This document shows positions 38,751 to 47,620 of a DNA stretch of 64,000 bases, piece by piece. The translations under genes were made by a program, and so were the position numbers. Position 1 is the stretch's first letter, and each line of letters opens with the position of its first letter. The notes beneath the pieces were generated by a model that saw only the letters and a program-made list of their open reading frames with translations, did no database searches and had not been told where the DNA came from. Origin of the DNA: a virus; the IMG/VR virus record IMGVR_UViG_3300027709_000056, positions 96,001 through 160,000 of that record; one strand, given 5' to 3'.

Positions 38751-39753
38751 TAGAATCTCCTTCTATTCGGGTTACGTTACTTGCGTCAAAGATTAATAAA
38801 CCTTCAACAGCTTTATCACTAACTACTCCATCATATCCTGCTTCTTTTAAGTCCATTGTTAGTATTGCTGAGTACATTTTATCTCCAGTATACTCCCAAG
38901 GTTTAAGTCCCATTTTTGCTTTGATATCTGCTACTTCGTCGCTTTGATAATCAGCTATTTTTAACCCTGGCTTTACTTTATACTTAACAATCTCACCATC
39001 AGCACCATGATGTATTGAAAATGCATTCGCGGCAGACTCAGTCCATGTAAGATAAACTCCTCTACCTAATGCACCTAGTCCTAAACCTTTGCCCCCTTTA
39101 CCTTCTCCTCGGTAAAATACGCCGTCTTCTTTCTTATATAAATGTGGATAAAAATCTGCTTCTGATTCTATTATTTCACCTTCTTTGATTCCCATTCCAT
39201 CACGTACTTTATTGTACAACATTGTTGCTACTTTAGGATCTGTACTACATACACCTGATTTAAAAGTTTGAAGATCACCCTCAGCCGCCGCAGTTTTCAT
39301 TTTAGTTGCACTCATTCCTTCAGCACCTTCGGCATCTGGATCACGTTGTCCTGCACTTACAACATTTATAGAACTAAATGTATAATCATCGCCGCCATTA
39401 TATTTGTTTAATAATTCATCAAAACTTTTTACACGATCATCGCCCGCAACATATATAATATCTGTAAATCTTCTAGCATATAGGAACTTCATAGCATCTA
39501 TAATAGTTCTAACACTATCGTGGCCTATAGAGATACCGTCACCGAAACACTTACGGGCAAAAAAAACTTTTTCTGCAAATGTTAATGGATCTGTTTTAGG
39601 TTTTTGTGTGTGGGTTAAGAATAAAAAAGGACTGCCTGGTTGTTGCTTTACTACGTCTGCTAATTTGCCATGACCAATAGTAGGTGGGTTCATTCGCCCG
39701 AAGGCAAATACCGCAGTTTTTCCGTCTGCTTCAAATACATGGCGTAAACGCAT
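38743..39753 (-). CDS. HIGH-family nucleotidyltransferase fused to ADP-ribosyltransferase-like domain
   Basis: FAFGRMNPPTIGH and GMSATKM in N-terminal domain; FYRG...GRGVYLT...AGYDGV...LLIFD in C-terminal domain. Confidence 0.7.
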   Translation of the reverse strand: MRLRHVFEADGKTAVFAFGRMNPPTIGHGKLADVVKQQPGSPFLFLTHTQKPKTDPLTFAEKVFFARKCFGDGISIGHDSVRTIIDAMKFLYARRFTDIIYVAGDDRVKSFDELLNKYNGGDDYTFSSINVVSAGQRDPDAEGAEGMSATKMKTAAAEGDLQTFKSGVCSTDPKVATMLYNKVRDGMGIKEGEIIESEADFYPHLYKKEDGVFYRGEGKGGKGLGLGALGRGVYLTWTESAANAFSIHHGADGEIVKYKVKPGLKIADYQSDEVADIKAKMGLKPWEYTGDKMYSAILTMDLKEAGYDGVVSDKAVEGLLIFDASNVTRIEGDSNQ

Positions 39754-40097
39754 TAATAATCACCTTGTCTTATTAACTCCATTTCCTCACCATAGATTTT
39801 TTCAACTAAAGAATCTATTTCTTCTTGTTGTAGCAAATCTTCAGGCTTTCGTGGAATGTTATACTTGGCACAATAATGGTTAATGCCTTGTTTAACCATG
39901 GGTAACATCGCTAGTTTCGTATCAATCGGATTGCCTGACTTTAAGTTGTCCTGCATACCAGCAATTGTTGGATAATATTGTTTACGATAAAACATAGGAT
40001 CGTTCTTCATATGAATATGAAGGTCCTCTACAACATTAAAGCCTAACTCTGGCTTCTCGGCTGGGTCTTGTTTATCTATAAATTCAGTTATTTTCAT
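39753..40097 (-). CDS. Hypothetical protein, putative internal virion protein
   Basis: MKITEFID start; 114 aa. Confidence 0.7.
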   Translation of the reverse strand: MKITEFIDKQDPAEKPELGFNVVEDLHIHMKNDPMFYRKQYYPTIAGMQDNLKSGNPIDTKLAMLPMVKQGINHYCAKYNIPRKPEDLLQQEEIDSLVEKIYGEEMELIRQGDY

Positions 40098-40099
40098 AA

Positions 40100-40204
40100 T
40101 TAGTCTTCTGTCCTAGTACAGCATTCACAACGCATTTGAGAGGTGCATTCGCATGGATCACACGTACATCTATCGCTGGAACATTGGTCGTTATTACAAG
40201 CCAT
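40100..40204 (-). CDS. Metallothionein-like Cys-rich peptide (34 aa; not in ORF track)
   Basis: MACNNDQCSSDRCTCDPCECTSQMRCECCTRTED; 9 Cys; AGGAGG SD 8 nt upstream; late motif at 40227-40234. Confidence 0.8.
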   Translation of the reverse strand: MACNNDQCSSDRCTCDPCECTSQMRCECCTRTED

Positions 40205-40226
40205 AACAAAATCCTCCTATATAGAG

Positions 40227-40234
40227 TATTTATC
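40227..40234 (-). promoter_or_regulatory. Late-type promoter GATAAATA
   Basis: Minus-strand GATAAATAC immediately upstream of the metallothionein-like gene SD. Confidence 0.65.
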
Positions 40235-40245
40235 AGACTTAATGA

Positions 40246-40515
40246 CTATACGGAAATTTCTACGTCGAAGTGATTGTAGCCTAAATCGAATAATTTATTG
40301 GCAATACGTTCAGCTACTATTGTGGATTCGGAGTCTTTAAGGGCTTTATGTGTTTCTACAGTTAATACAAGTCCACCCTGTTCAGTTTCCATTAGTTGAT
40401 AGTTTGTTTCATCTTCAAGTAATGCTTCATCGGCGCAATTAATAACTGCATCAGCAACTACTCCGTCTACATCATCAACTTTCTTTTCCCAAACTACGTT
40501 AATAAAGTGTTTCAT
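40246..40515 (-). CDS. Hypothetical acidic protein
   Basis: 89-aa ORF with SD AGGA. Confidence 0.65.
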   Translation of the reverse strand: MKHFINVVWEKKVDDVDGVVADAVINCADEALLEDETNYQLMETEQGGLVLTVETHKALKDSESTIVAERIANKLFDLGYNHFDVEISV

Positions 40516-40524
40516 GCTATATTC

Positions 40525-40866
40525 CTAATGATTTAACAGTATAGACGTTACTGTACCGGCTGTATATGTGACGTAAGCCCTAACAAATACAAAGTTGCCT
40601 GTAAAGTTCTTAAAATAACTGTTTCCTGACCCTGATTCTTCTGTACCAGCAATATCTCCCCAATCAGCATCAACCGGCGTTGTTGCTAATGTACCCTGCA
40701 TTTTAATAGTACCATTAAAATCGACAACATTATACTGAACAGTATGAAATCCATCTGCTCTACCATAATAGCCATCGCCTTTAAATGCTTCCCCAACTAC
40801 TGTTTGAGGAGTACTATCTCCGGGATGTACATTCTGTGTTAAAATTGTTTCGCTTATACTGGACAT
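40525..40866 (-). CDS. Hypothetical beta-rich protein, possibly virion-associated
   Basis: 113 aa; GATAAATA motif at 40872-40879. Confidence 0.7.
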   Translation of the reverse strand: MSSISETILTQNVHPGDSTPQTVVGEAFKGDGYYGRADGFHTVQYNVVDFNGTIKMQGTLATTPVDADWGDIAGTEESGSGNSYFKNFTGNFVFVRAYVTYTAGTVTSILLNH

Positions 40867-40870
40867 ACTA

Positions 40871-41551
40871 TTATTTATCTATATCCTGCTTTACAATTAT
40901 TGTGTCTACCCTACTAATATTGCCAGATAAAAATAACATAGCAAGAGTGAACACTTTTTCGTCACGTAGATATAGATATTTGCCCTTTACGTACCCTCGT
41001 TCGCCGATAGCTTTAAGAAGCCCTGGACTTACTCGTACTTTGTCTGGATTTGATTTTGCCCAGTCATAAAAATTAGGGTCAATTTTGCCAGATCCTAATG
41101 TTACTTTATACTGGTACGCAAATGGAATATTTCTAACTAAAATATTCTTGTTTTCAAGGAGTAAATTTGCTGTAGATTCTGCTGGCTCGTAAAAATCACA
41201 AACACAATCGAGTTTTTTACCTATAAGTTTAAGCCATGTGTCATTATTTGAAAATATTCCAACTTTACGTTGTTCGCAACGCACCATAAAGTTTTCTGCT
41301 TCTTGGAATTGTGTTAATAAGTATTTTAAATCGTGTAATTCATCTACATTAATATCGATATGCCGTAAAGCATCTGCACACGTTTTATATTGTATTGGTT
41401 GGTCTTCTTCTTGATGTAATTGTAGTTCGTCGATCACTGCTCGGGCGTGGGTGAGATTTTTATTGCGGAATATAAATCCTAAAGGATTATATACTCCCAA
41501 TTTATACAGATACTTGTCATAGAATAATTTTTTAGTTTCATATTTTATCAT
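40871..41551 (-). CDS. Hypothetical protein (start re-assigned to MIKYETKK)
   Basis: SD GGAG 5 nt upstream of ATG at 41551. Confidence 0.7.
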   Translation of the reverse strand: MIKYETKKLFYDKYLYKLGVYNPLGFIFRNKNLTHARAVIDELQLHQEEDQPIQYKTCADALRHIDINVDELHDLKYLLTQFQEAENFMVRCEQRKVGIFSNNDTWLKLIGKKLDCVCDFYEPAESTANLLLENKNILVRNIPFAYQYKVTLGSGKIDPNFYDWAKSNPDKVRVSPGLLKAIGERGYVKGKYLYLRDEKVFTLAMLFLSGNISRVDTIIVKQDIDK

Positions 41552-41561
41552 GCATACTCCC

Positions 41562-43811
41562 CTAATGGATTGTATGTTCAACTTCTTCTATATTTAATAC
41601 AAATTCCTTATCTTTAACGGCTATGTTAACTTTTCCACCATCTTTTAATTTACCAAACAATAACATCTTAGATAATGGACGTTTAATATCATTATCTATA
41701 ACTCGCTGTAATGGCCTTGCACCCATTTTTTGACTAAAGCCTTTATCAACTAATACATCTATAGCTTCATCAGAAATAGTAATGTCAACATCTTTATCTT
41801 TTAACATAGTTTTTAATTGTACTAAGAACTTACCAACAATTTTTATCATTGTATTTTTATCTAATTTACTAAATGTAACAACACCATCTAATCTATTTCT
41901 AAACTCTGGTGGAAAGAATCGTTTAAGTTCAGCATCTTCAAAGTCAGGCTCTTCAGAACCAAATCCTATTAGTGTTTTTTCTGCGTCTTCGGCCCCTAAA
42001 TTAGTTGTTAATATTAAAATAATATTTCTACAATCTGCTGTTTTACCGTTACTACCTGTAATAAATCCGTTATCCATTATTTGTAATAACAATGAACTAA
42101 CATCAGGGTGTGACTTTTCAATTTCGTCTAGTAATAAAACACAATTAGGTGTTTCTTGTAATGCTGTAATAAGTTGCCCTGCATTTTCTTCAAATCCTAC
42201 ATATCCTGGAGGTGAACCAATTAGTTTAGCAACAGAATGCTTCTCTTGGAATTCACTCATATCAAATCTAACAAGTTTTACACCTAGTTGGAATGCAAGT
42301 TGTCTAGCAGTTTCAGTTTTACCTATACCTGTTGGACCCATAAACACAAAAGAACCAATTGGTTTACGTTCTTCTTTAAGTCCTGCTTGGGCAACAAGAA
42401 TTTTATCAACTACATTTTTAAGAGCTTTATCTTGTCCATAAATTTCACCCTGAAGATTCTTCTCTAAATTAGCAAGATTACTTGTTTCTTTTTCTTTAAT
42501 TTGCTCTTCAGGAAGATTAACCATTTTTGCTAATTCAAATTGTATTTCTTCGGCCTGAACAAATTTATTATCCGGAGTTGTAACTGATTTAATATTAAAT
42601 CTAGAACAAGCACAATCAAGTAAGTCAATAGCTTTGTCAGGTAGCTTTTTATCTGTTTGATATTTGATGCTTAACTTAATTGCGGCATCAACAGCGTCTT
42701 CTGTAATAGTAGTATTATGAAATTCTTCATAATATTTTTTAATTCCCATTAAAATTTCTTTTGTAATTTCTTTACTAGGTTCATCAACAGTAACTCTAGC
42801 AAATCTACGCATTAATGCCCTATCATTTTCAAAGTACTTGCGGAATTCTTCCCAAGTAGTAGATGCAACTACTTTAATATTGCCTCTAGTTAATACAGGT
42901 TTTAACATATTTGCAAGATCGTTTGAACTGCTACTACCAGCCGCTCCTGCTCCACTAATCATATGTGCTTCGTCGATAAACACAATAGTTTTACCACGTT
43001 TCTTTAATGCTGTAATTACTAACTTAAAGCGTTCTTCAAAATCTCCTCTATACTTACTACCGGCTAACATAGAACCAATGTCTAAATTATAAACATTATA
43101 TTCTTGTAAAAATACAGGACATTCTTTCTTTACAATTTTCCAAGCAAGTCCTTCTGCTATAGCAGTTTTACCTACACCAGGATCACCAACAAGTAATACA
43201 TTATTCTTTGAACGTCTACCAAGTGCTAATGCAATTGTATCTAATTCTTCGTGTCTACCTACTACAGGATCAATTTTACCTGCATCAACTGATTGATTTA
43301 AGTTTGTTGTAAATGAACGTAATGCTCTAGTAGCCAATCCTGATACTTCTTCATCTTCATAATTGGCTTCTAATTCGTTGTTTAAATAATCTGCAAATTT
43401 AGTCTTATCAACATCTGCTTTAGCAATATGAAAGTATGCCCATGATTTAGTTTCGTTCATCATACTAAGAAATACGTCTGATATTTCAATATGTTGTCGT
43501 CCACTAAACAATACCTGTGTAAATGCTCTATTAAGAACACGTTCAACAGCATGAGTTTTCTTAGGCTTGTATTTTTTACCTTGAACTTCAGCAGTTTCGA
43601 TAGCTTGTAAGTTGTTTTTTAGATAATGCTCAAGATTCTTTTTAATTAATTCGTGGTCAGTTCCGAATCCTTCTAAAATTTTTGCGAAGCTTTCCTCACA
43701 GAGCATGGCAAACAATAAATGTTCAATAGTTACGTATTCATGCTTTAACTTTTTTGAAACATCTACTGCTTTATCAAAAACCAACTGTAATTGTTCACTG
43801 GGTTCTACCAT
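41562..43811 (-). CDS. clpA: ClpA-type AAA+ unfoldase
   Basis: Clp N-domain; GDPGVGKT/FIDEAH and GPTGIGKT/LLDEIEK; GYVG pore loop; no ClpB M-domain; 749 aa. Confidence 0.9.
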   Translation of the reverse strand: MVEPSEQLQLVFDKAVDVSKKLKHEYVTIEHLLFAMLCEESFAKILEGFGTDHELIKKNLEHYLKNNLQAIETAEVQGKKYKPKKTHAVERVLNRAFTQVLFSGRQHIEISDVFLSMMNETKSWAYFHIAKADVDKTKFADYLNNELEANYEDEEVSGLATRALRSFTTNLNQSVDAGKIDPVVGRHEELDTIALALGRRSKNNVLLVGDPGVGKTAIAEGLAWKIVKKECPVFLQEYNVYNLDIGSMLAGSKYRGDFEERFKLVITALKKRGKTIVFIDEAHMISGAGAAGSSSSNDLANMLKPVLTRGNIKVVASTTWEEFRKYFENDRALMRRFARVTVDEPSKEITKEILMGIKKYYEEFHNTTITEDAVDAAIKLSIKYQTDKKLPDKAIDLLDCACSRFNIKSVTTPDNKFVQAEEIQFELAKMVNLPEEQIKEKETSNLANLEKNLQGEIYGQDKALKNVVDKILVAQAGLKEERKPIGSFVFMGPTGIGKTETARQLAFQLGVKLVRFDMSEFQEKHSVAKLIGSPPGYVGFEENAGQLITALQETPNCVLLLDEIEKSHPDVSSLLLQIMDNGFITGSNGKTADCRNIILILTTNLGAEDAEKTLIGFGSEEPDFEDAELKRFFPPEFRNRLDGVVTFSKLDKNTMIKIVGKFLVQLKTMLKDKDVDITISDEAIDVLVDKGFSQKMGARPLQRVIDNDIKRPLSKMLLFGKLKDGGKVNIAVKDKEFVLNIEEVEHTIH

Positions 43812-43815
43812 TTAG

Positions 43816-44343
43816 TTACCTTCTATTATATAATTTATCATATTTTTTAAAGTACTTCTGTCGCTTCTTTTTAGCCATATTGAGCTTTAGCTTACTTACT
43901 CTATCTATAAAATTAATTCCGTATAAATGGTCGTATTCATGCCCAAATATTCTAGCATTCCAACCTTGTAACTCTATTGTACACTCTTTTTGCTTACTGT
44001 CAAGACAATCTATTATCAATCCAGCTGGACGTTTTACTTTAATATATAAAAAAGGAAAACTTAAACACCCTTCTTCACCTATAATTGTTTCTTCTGTTAC
44101 GTGAGTTATTTTGGGATTAATTATAGCAAATGCTTTGTCATCTTCATAGCCTTTTAATTCTACAGGCTTCATAATAAAAATTTGTGCATCTAATTCTACT
44201 TGATTAGCCGCCAATCCGACACCGTGTTTCTCATCCATAATAGATATCATATCGCGTTCTATATCTAAAGCATTATGCTCAGTAAAATCAAACGGCTTTA
44301 CTGTTTTTTCTAACCAACTATTTGGAGCTTCTATTAATTTCAT
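43816..44343 (-). CDS. def: Peptide deformylase
   Basis: GVGLAANQV, EGCLS, HEYDH. Confidence 0.95.
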   Translation of the reverse strand: MKLIEAPNSWLEKTVKPFDFTEHNALDIERDMISIMDEKHGVGLAANQVELDAQIFIMKPVELKGYEDDKAFAIINPKITHVTEETIIGEEGCLSFPFLYIKVKRPAGLIIDCLDSKQKECTIELQGWNARIFGHEYDHLYGINFIDRVSKLKLNMAKKKRQKYFKKYDKLYNRR

Positions 44344-45188
44344 CGTAATAAGTTTTTTAATTTTTTTTGTGTTTGTTTGTCGTTAATATTAGGTGTAATG
44401 CCATTAATCTTAATAAACAATGACCCAGTTCTTCTAGTTCTATGATCTGGTAACCCTTGTTCGTGTACACTAAACGTTGTACCAGGGTTTGAACCAGCCG
44501 GGATTTGTACATTTAATTTCTTTCCATGGATTGTGTCAACGGCAATACTTGTGCCTTGGATAAGATCAATAACATCAACATTTTTATTTACATAAAGGTC
44601 TATACCATCTACATCATATATGGGGTGTTTCTTTACACGTATTTTAACATGAAGATCCCCTGGTTGTCTACCTGGAAAGTACTCATTTCCACCCATACCT
44701 CTAAAATTTATTGTATCTCCAGGGCGTACTCCTCTAGGTATATCAATATTAACTGTATGCTCTTGTCCATTCTGTTGCCTAAATGATGCAATAAAACTTT
44801 TACCTGTTATAATATCTTCTAATTCAATATCTGCGGCTATTGTTACATTTTGATTTCGTCTTTGTTGAAAGCCACGTCCGAAAAATGGATTATCGCCTCC
44901 ATTAAACATTTGGTCAAATATATCTCCTACGTTAATGTTATCACCATGAAAATGATATTGTTGTCCTTGAGGTCTATGTTGGTGTGGATCAGTAGTACCG
45001 AATTGATCGTACATTGATTTTTTCTGTGGATCTTTTAAAGTATCGTATGCTTCGTTAATTCGTTTGAATTGTTCTTCGTTTCCACCTCGGTCAGGATGGT
45101 GCGTCATCGCTTTTTTCTTAAAAGCGTTTTTAATATCCGTTTCTGAAGCATTTCGAGGAATCTCTAGTATGTCATAGTAATTTGCCAT
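44340..45188 (-). CDS. dnaJ: DnaJ/CbpA-type J-domain co-chaperone (no Zn finger)
   Basis: NYYDILE, HPD, GDLHV; GATAAGTAC late-motif variant at 45193-45201. Confidence 0.9.
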   Translation of the reverse strand: MANYYDILEIPRNASETDIKNAFKKKAMTHHPDRGGNEEQFKRINEAYDTLKDPQKKSMYDQFGTTDPHQHRPQGQQYHFHGDNINVGDIFDQMFNGGDNPFFGRGFQQRRNQNVTIAADIELEDIITGKSFIASFRQQNGQEHTVNIDIPRGVRPGDTINFRGMGGNEYFPGRQPGDLHVKIRVKKHPIYDVDGIDLYVNKNVDVIDLIQGTSIAVDTIHGKKLNVQIPAGSNPGTTFSVHEQGLPDHRTRRTGSLFIKINGITPNINDKQTQKKLKNLLR

Positions 45189-45231
45189 ACTAGTACTTAT
45201 CTTAACAATTAATGATAGTTAAAAATGCTGA

Positions 45232-45549
45232 TTATTTGCGTTTGGGCATTGATGCACCAGGCTTACCAACATACAATCCAAAGAATGCCGCGCCAGCACC
45301 AACTATAGTTGAGATAAACATAGCTTGAGAATTAGTTGGATCTGGTAAAGCCATAAACCATGTAACTGATTGATAGAATGCCATGATGTAAGCTAACATA
45401 ATTAGTCTAGGTATAACTCTAAACTTATCAAGAACGCCAGCTGTTTGATTATACCAAGTACCGTCTTCGTCACCAGATGCAGGAACTAAATCTGCTTTAT
45501 CTAATTCATATTCCCGACTAGTTTCTTTTACTTGAATTTTATCACTCAC
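45232..45549 (-). CDS. Two-TM membrane protein, possible holin
   Basis: Two hydrophobic helices, basic C-terminus, near lysis genes. Confidence 0.5.
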   Translation of the reverse strand: MSDKIQVKETSREYELDKADLVPASGDEDGTWYNQTAGVLDKFRVIPRLIMLAYIMAFYQSVTWFMALPDPTNSQAMFISTIVGAGAAFFGLYVGKPGASMPKRK

Positions 45550-45953
45550 TTCTTGTCTCCATTTTTAATTTTTTTAATCTCTTCGCGATTATCATGAATC
45601 GCTGATCTATTATTATGAGGAGTATGATCAAAAACAACTTTTTCTAATTTTAGAAATGGTATTCTATCATTGGGTACATAACGCCAAATATAGTCGCCAT
45701 CCCATTCACCACCTGTTTTAGTAATACCGAATACAGTTTCAGTCATTCCTATTTTAACAATTAAAGCTCTTTCGCCATCGAGTATAACTTTATCACCTTC
45801 TTTAAATTGTGGGTTTAATTTAAATGCTATACCTTTGGCAAGTTTAGTAGCCCAGTCTTTAAACCAAATAGCTATCATGATGGAGATTAGAATTCCTATC
45901 CACGGCATCATTACATCTGTCAACTGTAAGGACAGGTCGTTTAATTCATTCAT
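45546..45953 (-). CDS. Minimal MscS-like mechanosensitive-channel protein
   Basis: TM helix followed by FKEGDKVILDGERALIVKIG (MscS beta-domain pattern). Confidence 0.6.
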   Translation of the reverse strand: MNELNDLSLQLTDVMMPWIGILISIMIAIWFKDWATKLAKGIAFKLNPQFKEGDKVILDGERALIVKIGMTETVFGITKTGGEWDGDYIWRYVPNDRIPFLKLEKVVFDHTPHNNRSAIHDNREEIKKIKNGDKK

Positions 45954-46198
45954 TATTTTTTCTCCAACTTGTTAATGCGTTTTTCCATAGCCTCTAGTTT
46001 TTCTTTAAGAATAGGGAATTTTTTCATCTGCTTTTCTTCGTCTGTTATCAGTTTTATGTGGTAGCGTTTTGCCGCCCAAGTGTATAATTCATCTATTTTA
46101 TTATAAAACCAGACACCTAGTTTTGTGCCGCGAAACCATTTTTCAGTTGCGCCGCCTAAAATACTTCCTGCAATAGCTTTTATAAGAAAAAACCACAT
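45953..46198 (-). CDS. Small hypothetical membrane-associated protein
   Basis: 81 aa; SD AAGGAG; GATAAATA motif at 46224-46231. Confidence 0.7.
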   Translation of the reverse strand: MWFFLIKAIAGSILGGATEKWFRGTKLGVWFYNKIDELYTWAAKRYHIKLITDEEKQMKKFPILKEKLEAMEKRINKLEKK

Positions 46199-46241
46199 AT
46201 TTGCTCCTTTAATAATATACTATTATTTATCAGGATGTGGT

Positions 46242-46955
46242 TTATGGAATAACGTTGGTACTGCCACCTCGATCGGTAGGTAATTGCTGTTCTTGTGTGT
46301 TATTATTAGTATCTGGGGTACCATCAGGGGATACTAAAGACTCTCCCCCGAGCCAACCGTCAGCTGTTGGTTCATTAAGAGGTACTGGTTCTGGTTCTTT
46401 ATATGTTTTTTCAAGTTTAAAGTTTTCTGGTAGTATGTATGGAACAAATTTTTGACGTTCTTCGTTTGTACCTGTATGTGATTCGCCTTTGCCTTTTTTC
46501 TTACCAATTTTTACAGCTATTGTTCCGCCTTTACGTTGTTCGTCAAGACCCCTTAATTGCTTATGCATTTGTCTAGTATATGGTATAACCCAAGCTCGTG
46601 GTACAGTAGTATTAACCACTAATCCTAACTTATCTATCCATTCCATTTTTTTATCTTCTTCTTTTTTAGGTATTAACCACAAAAAGATGTTACCCTTATT
46701 ACCAGTTTTAGGGTTAGGTTCTACAATATAAGAGCCAACAAGGTAATAACTTTCGTTATTAGGGTGTGCATTATACGGAAAGCCATATATTGCTCTTAAT
46801 CCTATCCAAGCACTTGATATAGATAATAATAGTGTTATAGTAACTATAGCTTTAACAAACCATCTAGATCTAGATGCAGTAATAAAGATCCATAAGGTTA
46901 ATGCACCAAGTAATAATAGTACAAATACTAAAAAGATGTGTCCTTGTATAATCAT
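46242..46955 (-). CDS. Membrane-anchored protein with Pro-rich tail, third gene of the ExbBD-like cassette
   Basis: Two N-terminal TM helices; KEPEPVPLNEPT near C-terminus; TAATG coupling. Confidence 0.7.
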   Translation of the reverse strand: MIIQGHIFLVFVLLLLGALTLWIFITASRSRWFVKAIVTITLLLSISSAWIGLRAIYGFPYNAHPNNESYYLVGSYIVEPNPKTGNKGNIFLWLIPKKEEDKKMEWIDKLGLVVNTTVPRAWVIPYTRQMHKQLRGLDEQRKGGTIAVKIGKKKGKGESHTGTNEERQKFVPYILPENFKLEKTYKEPEPVPLNEPTADGWLGGESLVSPDGTPDTNNNTQEQQLPTDRGGSTNVIP

Positions 46956-47620
46956 TAATTGTCTCCCTGGGAATCTAAGCCACCCATACCTTGAACTATT
47001 TGGTAAGGTAATTCATTAATATCTGTAATTTTGCCATCTTCGTCTACAGTAAATCTAAGAACAGTTTTTTCTTCACCTTTTATAGTTAACATTACTTCTT
47101 TAATATAAACGACACCATATGGGTTTAATTTTTCAACATTAACCCTTACAGGTATTATTTCAAAATAATCATTTTTTGCAACATCGTGTCTAGGAGTACG
47201 TCTATATAAATGTACGTTTACAATATATTCTCCAGGAATGATGCCTCTAATTGTTACGTGTTCTATATTTTGACGGACATAAATTTTGTCGCCAGATGTA
47301 GTTGTAATAGTGTCATTAGATCTACCTAAGTCATCTCTATCTAGATTCATTAAGCCACGATCTTTTTGTTTAAAGCCAACTATATTGCCAGCCGGGTCTT
47401 TGACCCAAGTATCAATATCGTCTGCACTATTATCAGGCCAGCTAGTTGTTATAATAAATTCTGCAATTACTTCTACATTAGATTTTTTAGCAACTGGATT
47501 TATTAAGATAAAAGCTAAAACAAAAAGGAAAACAAAACCCACTAAGGTATTAAATAGCAAATCAATAAATGCTATTTGGGAACCGTATGTTCTAATTCGA
47601 TCAAGTCGAAGAAATCTCAT
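46955..47620 (-). CDS. ExbD/TolR/MotB-like bitopic protein with YfaP/DUF2135-like soluble domain
   Basis: AFIDLLFNTL TM with conserved-position Asp; W...DIDTWVKDPAG...LDRDD...E...GEYIVNVHLY. Confidence 0.65.
   Translation of the reverse strand: MRFLRLDRIRTYGSQIAFIDLLFNTLVGFVFLFVLAFILINPVAKKSNVEVIAEFIITTSWPDNSADDIDTWVKDPAGNIVGFKQKDRGLMNLDRDDLGRSNDTITTTSGDKIYVRQNIEHVTIRGIIPGEYIVNVHLYRRTPRHDVAKNDYFEIIPVRVNVEKLNPYGVVYIKEVMLTIKGEEKTVLRFTVDEDGKITDINELPYQIVQGMGGLDSQGDN

Noticed and set aside
41782-42441. 219-aa plus-strand ORF and other plus-strand ORFs opposite real genes (e.g. 12806-13195, 26710-27069, 47286-47669)
   Set aside because: Antisense shadows of minus-strand genes; Ser/Leu/Phe-rich composition typical of non-coding frames
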